Assembly (NCBI RefSeq): GCF_030028105.1
Contig: NC_092380.1
Span: 70,119,717-70,183,716 of the forward strand
Reading direction: 5' to 3'
Source of the DNA: Mobula birostris
Lineage: Eukaryota
DNA: 64,000 nucleotides
Shown here: positions 1 to 12,600 of the stretch, in pieces
Layout of the letters: the number at the start of each line of letters is the position of its first letter
Position numbering within the stretch: the stretch's first letter is position 1
Made by a program: the position numbers and the translations under genes
Notes under the pieces: model-generated
The model's input: the letters and a program-made list of their open reading frames with translations, nothing else
What the model was told of the DNA's origin: nothing
The model's database searches: none

Positions 1-299
1 TGAATAGTAAAGAATATGTCAGAACTGCTACCAATAGTCCTTGGACCTCCAGAAAATAAATAAGTCTGGAAATGGAAAATATAGCAAATCTCAGTTAATA
101 GTAACCAGAAACCCGTTGAAAGTCCTTTTTGATTCACTAAGGTCTTTCAGGGAAGGAAGTACACACAAATTTATTGTGTGTGTTTCACACAAGCATAGAG
201 CAACTCAAATAAGGATCAATTTCACTGTGAAGAAATGACACAGTATCAGCGTTCCCTTGGTGTCACAAGCACGAAAAAATATCCAATCACAAACAAGCA

Positions 300-1190
300 A
301 ATATCTGCAGATGCTGAAAATCCAAGCAACACACACTAAATGCTGGAGGAACTCAGCTGGCCAGGCAGCATTTATGGAAAAGAGTAAACTGTCTACGTTT
401 CAGACTGAGACCCCTCAGCAGGACTGCAGAAAAATAGGTGAGGGGTCAGAAGGTGAGGGGAGGGGTGAATAAAGAGCTGGGAAGTTGATTGCTGAAAGAG
501 ATACAGGGCTGGAGAAGGGGGAATCTAATAGGAGAGGACAGAAGGCTATGGAAGAAAGAAAAGGGAGAGAAGTACCAGAGGGAGGTGAAAGGCAGGCAAG
601 GAATAAGGTGAGAGAGGGAAAAGGGGATAGGGAATGGTGAAGGTGGGGGGGGGGGAGGGCCATAACGGGATGTTCGAGAAATCAATGTTTATGCATTTAG
701 ACTGGAGGCTACCCAGATGGAATATAAGGTGTAACTACTCCAACCAGAGTTTGGCCTCATAGCGACTGTAGAGGAGACCAGAGATTGATGTTAGAATGGA
801 AATGGAAAGTGGAATTAAAATGGGTGGCCACTGGGAGATCCCACTTTTCTGTTGGACAGAGCGTAGGTGCTCGGTGAAGCAGTCTCCCAATCTATATCGG
901 GTCTTACTGACATAGAGGAGGCCACACCAGTAGCACCACACAGTAGATGACCCCAACAGACTCACAGGCGAAGCATCGCCTCATCTGGAACGACCTCTGG
1001 GGCCCTGAAGGGAGGAGGTGTAGGGGCAAGTATAGCACTTGTCCCTCCCCCAAGCTTCTAACTGACTCCTCATCTTTTTTTCCTCCAGTCCTGCTGGAAG
1101 TGTCTAGGCCCAAAACGTCAACTTGTACTCTTTTCCACAGCCTAGCCTGCTGAGTTCCTCCAGCATTTTGTGTGCTTTGCATGAAAAACA
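300..1190. mobile_element. Penelope-like element remnant with inverted terminal arrangement
   Basis: Minus-strand GIY-YIG-like fragments (CFACESVGVIYC; LLYVSKTRYRLGDCFTEHLRSV); 320-430 and 1085-1180 are inverted repeats. Confidence 0.7.
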
Positions 1191-1559
1191 TCCAGTCTTG
1201 TTGTTTCTTTTTAGTGTGGAGGAAAGGGACAAGAGAATATGAAATGACCTAAGGTATATGAAAAGCTCAAGTATCTATAGGCCATCCATAAGATATTAGA
1301 TGCAGACAAGCCTTAGTTATCCATGTGAACTTTACAAGCGAGTAAATTTAAATCAGATGACACCATTGGAGCAACTCCTGAGACCTACACTGACCTTGTA
1401 TTTCTCATGTCTTACTGATCTCCTGGAAAGGGGGTTAAATGTAAACAACGAAACCCAATTCGGTACCTGCCCCTAGTCAATGACCTCGGGAGCACCCAAA
1501 ATCGGGAAGGGAAAACATATAGAAATGTTTCCATACACTTAAAAATATAGAAACCGATA

Positions 1560-2110
1560 TGAGAATCTAACCTGTGACTTAGTGAGAGATTCGCTTTGCC
1601 CTAATCGTGCCTGTAAGTCCCGGAAGTCCATGCAGCAGCCTCGGCATAACCCTCAACCCCGAAGCCTGGATCACTGGATCAGAGCCCCCGTCCCTCGTTT
1701 TACCTGAAAGTCGGAGCAGAGCCAAGAGCGTGACCACCCGGGGTACGAGGCGCGGCGAAAGTTTCCCGGCGCAGGCCATGGCCTCTTAACTTTCCTGCAT
1801 TTCTCCGTGTGAACGCCTATCGTGGGCACTTCCTTTCTTTCACTTTCGGGAGGGCGAGGCGAGGCGCTGCGCCTGAGCAGTACAGTATAGGTGAGGGTAG
1901 AACCTTGCGCCACCATTTTCATCGTCGGCGGGGCGAGAAAGCCGAGGCAACCCGGACATCGATGAGCTTTCATCCCACGGGTCCAGAACACTTAAAACTC
2001 AGGATGCCGTGGGACGCTGTCTGCATTACTGCACATACACTAATGACTGCGCAGCTTCAGAAGACCGACCAGGTCAGAAAGAGCAACAACTCCTGATCAG
2101 CGCCCTCCTC
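1560..2110. promoter_or_regulatory. CpG-island-like promoter region
   Basis: Locally CpG/GC-rich against an AT-rich background; ETS-type CCGGAAGT at about 1620, YY1-like AAAATGGTGGCG on - at about 1908-1919, and TGCGC motifs. Confidence 0.5.
1704..1779 (-). CDS. Probable signal-peptide first exon of the next minus-strand gene (MACAGKLSPRLVPRVVTLLALLRLS-)
   Basis: Kozak context ggccATGG, hydrophobic core VVTLLALL, donor TTTCAG|gtaaaa in phase 1 (76 nt); lies in a CpG-rich segment. Confidence 0.55.
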
Positions 2111-3429
2111 ATTGGAACACAGTATCTCCCATCGCTGCTCCACTCTCATCCGCTCCCTTTCTGTTCCCATTCCCTCCCCTCAATTTCAACTCCCGCCTCC
2201 CCTCTACCTTATGATGTTTTTTAATAATATATTGATTTTTTTCAGCAAACCTAGCAAATCAATTGGTGACGTAAGAGGCTGAGACAGGAATTAAAAAATG
2301 GTAGATTTGTTTTTCTTGTCGTACGGGCTGAGGTACACTGAAAGCACTTGTCTTGCATACCGTCCATACAAATCAATTCATTACAACAGTGCAAGATGAA
2401 GCAAACCGGTGGAGGAGCTCTGCGTCTCACTTGGCATCTGTAAATGAAAGTAGACAGTCGGCGTTCCGGATCGAGACCTATCATCTGGACGGTCCACTTC
2501 CCTCAGCTGATGATGCCTGGTCTGCAGTATTCATCCAACTGGTTGTTTTTCGCTGCAGATACCAGTTTAAATTTGAAGGCTCTTGTGCCTTCATATTTAA
2601 ACTGAGCCCTGGAACCAGGGCCTGGGGGATTTGAAGGGGTGCACAGCAAGCATCACCGGATGAGTCGGATACCTTATTATTTCCAAGTCGCTGAATAGCA
2701 GATTAATGTCGTTTTACTGTAGTGTGCTTATTGGAGCTGTAGGGTCCTGATAGATGTCATGCTGGAGTATTGGAATAAGTGGATAGTGGCAGTATTGGCG
2801 TAATTGATAAAACAACATGCAAGTCATTAAGTCAAGCCTCATCGGTGGGAAGAGAAACAGATTTATCATTCAGGTTGAAGGCCCTTCTTCAATGACCCCA
2901 GTTTTACACCATGGAAGACCTCACCCACTCTCTCTGCAGCTTACCAACCATCTTTCCTTCCTGTTTTCAATGAAAGATCAATATGAAGCATACTTTTGCT
3001 TCTCTTCCACAGATGTCACCTGACCTGTTGAGTATTTCCAGTGTTTTCTGTTTTTATATTAGTTTTCCATTGTCTGCAATTTGGCTTTAATTAAGATTTT
3101 CAGAGATTGTAACTATATTGGTTTTAATTTTCCCAAATTCCCTGGAATCAAGAAAAGTTCCACTGGGTTTGAGAAGCAAAAAAAATCCAACTCCTTATTT
3201 CCAAAAGGGAGAGAGATGCAAAGACATAAACTCTGGGCTAGCTCAACATCTGACACAGGGAAGTTACTAAACGGAGAAGCTATTATTAAAATGTTCTAGC
3301 ACACCCTTAGATAGATGCAGCGATTTTAAGAAAAGTCAGCGTGTTTCTGTGAAGGGAAAATTATGTTCAACTAGTTCATTGATCTCTGGATAATGAGGAA
3401 TTATTTATTTTTATTTCTCTAGAGATACA

Positions 3430-3685
3430 GTGGGGAACAGGCCTTTCTGGCCCACTGAGCTATGCTGACCAGCAATCCGCTGATTTAACCCCTCGCCTAA
3501 TCACAGGACAATTTACAATGAACTATTAACCTACAACCTCTTTGGCTGTAGGAGGAAACTAGAACACCTAGAGGAAACCCATGTGCACTGGGGAAGAATA
3601 TACAAACTTTCTTGCAGAGGACACCGGAATTGAACTCAGAACTCTGATGCCCCAATCTGTAATAGTGCCGCGCTAACTGGAATGC
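3430..3685 (-). mobile_element. tRNA-derived SINE
   Basis: ggaggaaac...gaggaaacccatgtgcac...acaaact...ggaattgaactc pattern, complementary to the SINE at 57.3 kb. Confidence 0.55.
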
Positions 3686-3769
3686 GATTTGATATAAAAT
3701 ATTGTACTTATACTTTCCAGGACACTTTTTAAGTGTTATTATTGAAAATAAAAGATAATGATGCATGTG

Positions 3770-4560
3770 GTTATATTGACTTGGATGGAAGATCGGCTCA
3801 CTAACAGGAAATTGGGTAGACTACGTAATTAGGTTATTTTTCTATTTGGCAAGATACAGAGAGAGGAGTGTTACATGGATTTTTACTGAGGCCTCTGCTT
3901 TTCATATAACAGATGAAGGGACTAAAGGTGTAGTTGCTAAATTTGCTTTTGACACAATGAAAGGCACAAAAAAATTGTAAAGAAGTCAAAAAGAAGCTAT
4001 AAATTGATGCAGATAGATTGTGGTAATTATTAATCTGGCAAATGGAGCATAAAGTTAAAATATTTAAATGTTAGTATGAAAAGAAGCATAATGAGAGATT
4101 GCAGAGCTGAGGGATAAATTACTGGATGTGCATGAATCCCAACCAGTTCATATCCAGTTGCAGGAAATTCTGGAAAGCTTACAGAATATTATTGCTTATT
4201 AATAGAGGAAATTGCATACCAAAGTAGGGAGGTTATGTTTTAGCTAGATGATGCTTTAGTCATCTGGAGTACTTGTACAGTACTGGTCTCATTAATTAAG
4301 GGAATATATTGATATATTGGAAGCAGTTCAGACAAAATTTACTGAACTGATACTGGAATAAGAAGGTTGAAGAAAGGTTAGACAGTCTGAGATAGTATCT
4401 GCTGACACTTACAAGGATGGGGGACTTGATTGAAAGAAAGAAAATCCTGAGGGTGATCATAGGATGAATAGAGGTTTCCTCATATGGAAGAATATAAACT
4501 ATTATATAAATATAAACACAGTTAAAAATAAATGGATGGCTAAATAAAGCTTGTACATGG
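3770..4560 (+). mobile_element. CR1 LINE 3' fragment, highly decayed
   Basis: Decayed CR1 ORF2-like sequence (gctaaatttgc..gacac; tggcaaatggag; cagtactggtctc). Confidence 0.6.
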
Positions 4561-6789
4561 TGGAAATGCTGCTTTATTTTGCATCCCAGGGTGGGAATTC
4601 ACCACTCCCTCAAAGTTCTTCGTGATAAATTCTACTCTATTGCTGCAAATTTTACAAAGTGAAATAATGGGGCCAACATTGTCTTTGACCTCCACCATCA
4701 AACATTAGACAATCTGTCAGTGTCTGTCTCCATTTATCATTAATCTGCCCCAGTCTTTCAATTCCACCACTGCTTCCCTCCCTTACCTGGCACTACCTAC
4801 CTGTCATTTTACACCCCTCAGGTGCACCAATCACTTGGGAGTCCTTTCAGACCACTCCCCTCACCCTCTCCATGCTGAATGTTGGTGTAGGTTTTCCACC
4901 AGAAACGTAGATAATTTCCTTCCTTCCACCGATGCTGCCAAACATGCCAAATTCCTCCAGCAGACTGTATGTTGCTGCACATTCCAGCATCCGCAGTCTC
5001 TTGTTCTTCCAATCTGCCAGTGGGTGTTCACATTGTTTTTGCAATTTAAATGTTTCTTAAAAATATGACTCAAGTCTGGAATTAACAACAATGTTGTATT
5101 TTAAGTATAATTGATGTAAACTTGATTGGATCATTAACTTGTAAGGAAAATGCATGATCTGTTAAAAGAAAACATGAGCATAGTTTATTTTAATGATTAC
5201 CAGATACTTGAAGGGAGCAATGCAAGAAAACCTTTCCCTCCTGCTTCCCATGCATTTGAGCCCCCAGTGAGTTGTAGCTAGAGCTGGTAGTACATCAACA
5301 ATGATTTGCTACTTCAAGGGCCTTTTACCAGAGACTTGCATTCATGTCATACATTCAGCATACCTCCCAAAGTACTTAACAAAGAAATGTTGACACTGCT
5401 TCACATAAAGTAATATTACATCAAACAAACAAGATTTAGGAGGCTTGAAACAGGTTAGAGTGGTGGAGATGTTTAGGGAAAGAATTTCAGATCTCAAGCC
5501 TTACAACTCGGAGGCTCTGAGATCCACAGTTATGAAATGCTTTCTGAGGCCAGTAATGGCATGCAATGCATTAACTACAGCCTCCCAGATAAACTTGACC
5601 CACTTCAATTGACCTTACACTGCCAGAACCTATCTCTTTGGCCTTACATTCATCACTAGAGCATTTCAATGGTAAACACCTACTTTAGACTATTACTTAT
5701 TGATTACAACTCTTTCTTCTGTACTATAAATCCAAACTCACTAATCTCCAAACTCCAAGATCTGAGACACAACACCTTCCTTTACAACTGAAGCCTCAAC
5801 TTCCTGACCAACAGACCACAAGTAGTAAGGATAAGCAGCAACACCTCTGTCATGATCATCCTCAACACTCGCACACCACAGCCCCCTACTGTATCCCCTG
5901 TACACTCATGATGTGGCCAGCTTATGCTCTAACTCCATCTCCTCCATTTATATACAGGCCTTGAACAACAATCCAGTAGCATGCACCACGGTCCGTTTCC
6001 GATCAGAACATCACAAGGTGAAAACAGGCGTCAACCCGTGTGTGTTCAATGTTTACGATCTGTAGAGAGAGAAATAGAGTGATCTGATCCTCATGACGAG
6101 GACCACTTACCTGAGGACGATGCACCTGTTCAAGAATCTCCATCTGCTGCAACACTTCCAGGAACCTATATTAGATTGGGTTGTTTATCTGTCCCACCAC
6201 AATGATATATACCATCGCCTAATAGCTTAGGGCAAGTGACTAAAGAGGCAGAATAATCCTTTCACTTTGCCAGAGCATTCAGGTAGTCTACCCCGACCTC
6301 CATTAGATTTAGTGTTTTTTTTAGTGAGTTCTAATGTTGAAAACATTTCAAAAAAATGAGACTGCTCTTAAAGGGGAATTGGTGAAAAAGGGAGAAATAC
6401 AGAGAGAGAGAGAGAAATTGTTAAAAACAAAGCAAAAGATTGTCATAATGGCAGTTCTTTTGGATGTTCGTGTAAGGGGCATAAGTTACGTGCTATGGGT
6501 AAAATGAACTGAATCACTCAGTATCAGTGACTATAATTTCAATGCAGTTCTATAGGCAAAAAGTACATAGTTTTTCTCTTATTTTCAGGAAAGGGAGAGG
6601 TAGTGGTAGTTAATAGTATTATTCCTATACCATTTCCACATGGGAGGAGTTCACATACTGTACAAGCTTGGATAACAATAAAGTTCAGTTGAGTTTCCTA
6701 CAGACTGACATCCCGGTGAGCTCTGCACTATCCCTCAGTAACAAACACAACAGGTCAGACAGCATCTGGAATTTAGTGAGCAGTTTTTT

Positions 6790-9700
6790 TCTTCTTCTTT
6801 ATTAATCTTTTTATTGATTTGAAGAAAACATATACAGACAAGGGGAGGATTATCTCAAATATATATATCAACAACAATATAAACAAAAGATGAAATAGAT
6901 ACTATCATAATCATACGTAGTAATAAGCAAATATGCAATATATAATAAAAAATGACAACTGATTCTCCTCTTAGCAATTTCTAAAGAGAGGAAAAAAACT
7001 TGAAATTTAAAATGAGGGGGAAAAAACCCACTGCACTAAAAAAAAGGACTGGGCAGTCCATTTGGAGAATACAACCAAGAAAAAAGAAGACTTTCTGATC
7101 GACTCTAAAACTTTGAAAAAAAATAAAGTAATTGGAAGAGTAATAAATCAAATCAAATGAAAATATAAAAGTTCGCCATATTTGCTCAAATTTAACGGAT
7201 GTATCAAATGTCCAACTTCTTATTTTCTCTAAACTTAAACAGGACATAATGGAGAAAAGCCAATAAAAGACAGTAGGTGGATTAGAATCCTTCCACTTCA
7301 ATAAAATGGCTCTCCTGGCCAATAAAGTCGAAAAGGCTATCATACATTGAGTGTAAACAGGAATACTGTATTTCCTGCTTCCAATGGGATAGTCCCAAAA
7401 ATTGCTGTAAGTAAATGAGGTTGTAAATCCAAATCAAAGAATTTTGATAGCATTTTAAAAACATCTCTCCAAGAGTTATCTAGCTTTATAGAAGACCAAG
7501 ACATATGAGTTAAAGTGGCCACCTCAATATTACATCTGTCACAAATAGGATCAATATTGGAAAAAATACGTGCTAGTTTATCCTTTGACATATGAGTCCG
7601 ATGCACTACCTTGAACTGTATCAAGGAATGATGGGCACAAATAGTTGAGTTACTAACAAATGAAAAACATTACTCCATTGATTATCTGAAAATGACTCTT
7701 GAAATTCTGATTCCCAAGCACGTTTAATTTTATCATTAGATATAATTTGTGACTTCAATAACTGTTTATAGATTATAGCTTTCAACCATTTTTGAAATGG
7801 TTTAAACTGAAAGAGAGCATCTGTCAAATTAGGTGGATAAACAGAAGGGTAATTTGGCAACAAACCATGTAAAAAATTCCTAATTTGTAAATATCTAAAA
7901 AAGTGTACATTGGATAAATCATATTTATCCACTAACTGAGAAAAAGACATTAAACAATCCCCTAAAAACAAATCTGAAGAAGTTATTATTCCCTTGGTTT
8001 TCCAAACTAAAAGGGCCTTATCCAAAATCGATGGTTTAAAAAAAATAATTAAGATGGATATTACTAGAAAGAATAAAATTATTTAACTCAAAAAATCTAT
8101 GAAACTGAAACCAAATTCTTAATGTATGTTTAATAATGGGATTAAAATCTTGTCTACTAATCTTAGAAAACTAAAAGGGAAGAGGAGCTCCCAGTAAAGA
8201 AGCCAAAGAGAACCCCTTCACCGAGTTTTCCTCCAAATCCAACCGTGAAGGACATTCATGTATATCTGAGTAGTGAATCCGAAAAGTAATATATCAAATA
8301 TTAATTGCCCAGTAATACATTCTAAAATTTGGCAAAGCCATACCACCATCCTTTTTAAATTTCTGCAATAAGGGTTTACTCAATCTAGGATTTTTATTGT
8401 TCCAAATGTAAGATAAGATTATAAAATCTATTCTGTCAAAGAACATTTTAGGAACAAAGGAACTGCCTGAAATATATATAAGAATTTCGGTAAAACTATC
8501 ATTTTAATAGCATTAATTCGACCTATTAATGATACTGTCATAGGCGACCATTTAGAAAGCGTTTGTTTGGTGTATTCAATTAATGGAAAAAAATTATATT
8601 TATAGAGGTCCTTAAAATTTTTAGTAAATTTAATACCAAGATAGGTAAAGTAATTTTTAGCAATACTAAAAGGTACTTTATGATTTGGATCTGAGTAACT
8701 ATTAATAGGAAATAACTCACTTTCATGTAAATTTAATTTATACCCAGAAAAACTACTGAATTCAGAAAATACAGGTAACATAGAAGGAATAAATTTCTTA
8801 GGATCTGAAATATAAACTAACAGGTCATCTGCACATAATGAAACCTTATGTATTTTGTCCCCTCTCTTAATACTCTGGACAGTATTAGAATCTCTAAGAG
8901 CAATAGCAAGGGGTTCTAAAGCCAAGTTAAATAATAAAGGGCAAAGAGGACATCCCTGCTGAGTACCCCTATATAATCTAAAATAGGGAGATTTTTGATT
9001 ATTAGTTATAACCGCAGCCATAGGGGTATGATAGATCAATTTGATTCTGGAAATAAATCCTGGGCCAAGATTAAATCTTTCCAAAACCTCAAATGAGTAG
9101 GACCACTCCACCCTATCAAAGGCTTTCTCTGCATCAAGAGAAACAGCACATTCAGGTTCTTTAGATGGAGAAGAATGAATAATGTTTAATGATCTTTGAA
9201 TGTTAAAATGTGAATACCTATTTTTAATAAATCCAGTTTGGTCATTGGAAATAACAGTAGGGAAAATACTCTCAAGTCTATTAGCCAAGATCTTCATCTT
9301 TTTTAGGAATTAAGGAGATTGAAGCCTCATAGGAAGTTTTCAGTAGAGTCCCAGAGGATATAGAAGCAGCTAAAATTTGACGTAAATGAGATGTCAGTGT
9401 ATCGGTGAAAGTCATATAAAATTCCACTGTACATTCACCCGGTCCCGGAGCCTTAGCTGATTAAAGAGAGGATATAGTCCTTGCTATTTCCTCTTGTTTA
9501 ATAGGTGCATCTAATGTATTCATATCTTGAATAGAAATTTTAGGTATATTCAATTTTTGCATTAATCTATTCATAAAAGTAATATTGTCTGAAAATTCTC
9601 ATAAAGATTAGAGTAGAAATCCATAAATATCTTATTAATTTCATAAGGATCTACTGTTTCATTTCTATCGGGTCTTTGTATTTTAGGGATCTGTCTTCTA

Positions 9701-11090
9701 GCCATATTTGCTTTTAACTGACCAGCTAATAATTTGCCCGACTTGTCTCTATGTAAATAAAATTGGTGTTTGGATTTAAGAAGTTGGCTGTTCAATGGGA
9801 TAAGTCGAAAGCAAATCATGCTGTGTTTGGAGTTCCACCCTTTCCTTAAAGTGATCTTCATTAGACATTACAGAATAAACCTTTTCTATTTCTTTAATCC
9901 TATTAGTAATCAGTAAAAGTTCTGCCTTAGTTTTTCTTCTTAAACCTACTGAGTATGAAATTATCTGTCCCCTAAGAAAAGCTTTCATCGAATCCTAAAT
10001 AACCAATTTTGACATTCCCTCAGTTGTATTTAATTCAAAAAATAGGGAAATTTGCTCGTTAATAAAATTTACAAAGGTTGAATCTTACAACAATGAAACA
10101 TTAAGTCTCCACTGAGGTACCTGAATATTATCAGAAAACTTCAAAGTTAGTTTCATTGATGCATAATCCAACAACCCAATCACATCATATGCACACTCAG
10201 CAACAGAGGGCACCAATCACGTGTCCAGCAAAATATAATCAATTCTTGAATGTTTGTGGTATACATGTGAAAAAAAGAAAAGTCTTTTTCTTTAGGATTT
10301 TTAAATTTCCAAATATTCACCAAACCGTATTCTAATAAAAAAGAATTAACAGAAGTCGCAGCTTTATTAGGAAGCGACGGATTGGTGGACGAAATGTCAA
10401 TCAACAGATTGAGCCAACAGTTAAAGTCACCTCCCATAATCAACTTATATTCATTTAAATTCGGCAACAGAGGAAATAGCTTCTTAAAAAATTCAGGGCT
10501 ATCTATATTAGGTGCATATACACACACCAAAGCCACCTTTTGACCACATAACAGACCAGTGACAATTAAATATCTTCCAATTAAATCAGAAACTGTATTA
10601 AAATGAAGAAAAGGGATTTTAGAATTAATAAAAATAGATACCCCTCTTATTTTATTTACTGAAAGGGAATGAAATAAGGCTCCCTTCCAAAATAAAAAAA
10701 AACGATTTTCATCCTGCCTGCGGACATGAGTCTCCTGCGCAAAAATAATATCCACATGAAGGGTTTTCAATTTCTTAAAAATCTTTCTGCGCTTAATAGG
10801 TTGGTTTATACCATTTAAATTCCAAGATATTATGTTAATTTTATTAAGATCCATAATAAAAATTTAACTTAAATATTTTATAAAGTAAACTAATGTGCAG
10901 GCATAAACTAAATCTGAAGAAAGGGCGAAGCCTGATTCAATCAGAAAGAAAAGCAAGATGATTGACAAAAAGAACCCCTCAGGAATGCCCAGACAAAAAA
11001 AACTAGTCTAATTTAACTAATCTAACTAATCACTTTCCTCTCCCGGAAACCAAGAAACCATCCAACAGGCGAACGGCATGCTATTCTAGT
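6790..11090 (-). mobile_element. L1/Tx1-type LINE: ORF2 with frameshifts, ORF1 not seen
   Basis: EN (ISWNLNGIN, QETH, YAPN, GGDFN) at 10180-10854; RT ([23 protein letters not shown]) at 8428-9297; 3' ORF pieces to 6981; A-rich tail near 6790-6820. Confidence 0.9.
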
Positions 11091-11289
11091 AATGTTTAAC
11101 CCCTGTGAGCAGTTCTGTGCCCCTTATTTAAATGGCCCTGAAAGAAAAGATATATTTGCACTGGGGAGAGTCCGGAGGAGGTTCATGAGAATATCCTGGA
11201 AGTGAACGAAAGGATTAACGCATGTGGAGCATTTGTTGGCACTAGACCCATACTCACTGGTTTAAATGAATGAGGGGAGAATATTGAAA

Positions 11290-12070
11290 GTCCAAGATAG
11301 AGTGATGTGGATTGTATGTTTCATTAGAGTCATAGGACCCTACAGCATAGAAATTGACTAGATGGGCCAAAGGGTCTATGTCAAAACATTAATCTACCTA
11401 GTCCCATTGAACTGTCCCTGGACTATAGCCCTCCATACCCATCATCCATGTACCTGACCAAATTTCTTCTAGATATTGAAATCAAACCCACATCCACGAC
11501 TTGTGCTGGCAGCTCATTCCACACTCCTACCACCCACTCTGTGAACAAGTTCCCCCTCATGTTCCCTTTAAACATTTAACCTTTCACACTTAACACATGA
11601 CCTCTAGTTGTAGTCTCACCTGTCCTCAGTGGAAAGGGTATGCTTGCATTTATGTTATTTACACCTCTCATAATTTTATATACCTCTATCAAATCTCCCC
11701 TCAATCTTCTACGTTCTAGGGAGCAAAGTTCCATCCTATTCAATCTTTCTGTATAACTCAGGTCCTCTAGTCCTGGAACATCCTTGTAAATTTTCTCTAA
11801 ACTCTTTCAATCTGACTTACATCTTTTCTGTAGGCAGGTAATTAATACCGTACAGAATACTCAAAATCTGGTGTCTGATACAATTTCAACATAACATCCC
11901 AACTTCTGTACTCAAATACATTGATCTATGAAGGTAAATTTGCCAAAAGCTTTCTTTATGACCCTATCTATTAAGGATCTGTATTCCCCAGATTCCTCAG
12001 TTCTACAATACTCCTCAGTGCCCTACTGCTGACTGTATAAAATGTACCCTGGCTACTCCTTCAAAAGTGA
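11290..12070 (-). mobile_element. CR1 LINE 3' fragment
   Basis: Typical CR1 3' sequence read in reverse (ttcccctcatgttccc; ggtcctctagtcctggaacatccttgtaaat). Confidence 0.6.
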
Positions 12071-12600
12071 TGTACCTGACACTGTAGATGTACTGTGGAG
12101 AGCATTCTGACAGGCTGCATCACTGTCTGGTATGGGGGCGGGCGCTACTGCACAGGACCGAAAGAAGCTGCAGAGGGTTGTAAATTTAGTCAGCTCCATC
12201 TTGGGTACTAGCCTACCAGGTACCCAGAACAGCGGTGTCTCAGAAAGGCAGCATCCATTATTAAGGACCTCCAGCACCCAGGGCATGCCCTTTTTCTCTC
12301 TGTTACCATCAGGTAGGAGGTACAGAAGCCTAAAGGCACACATTCAGTGATTCAGGATCAGCTTCTTCCCCTCTGCCATCCAATGCCTAAATGGACATTG
12401 AACCCTTGAATACTACCCCACTTTTTAAATATATATTATTTCTGTTTTTTGCATGATTTTTAATTGATTCAATATATGTATACTGTATTTTCCTTATTTT
12501 TTTCTTCTTCTATATTATATATTGCATTGAACTGCTGCTGATAAATTAACAAATTTCACAACACATGTTGGTGATAATAAACCTGATTCTGATCCTGATT
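12070..12600 (+). mobile_element. Rex/Babar-like LINE 3' end
   Basis: AQDRKKLQRVV, LLPSGRRYRSL and an aataaacctgattctgat tail. Confidence 0.65.

Noticed and set aside
2263-2280. TGGTGAC as a retroviral primer-binding site after an LTR
   Set aside because: No TG...CA LTR, second LTR or gag follows, and the match is too short.
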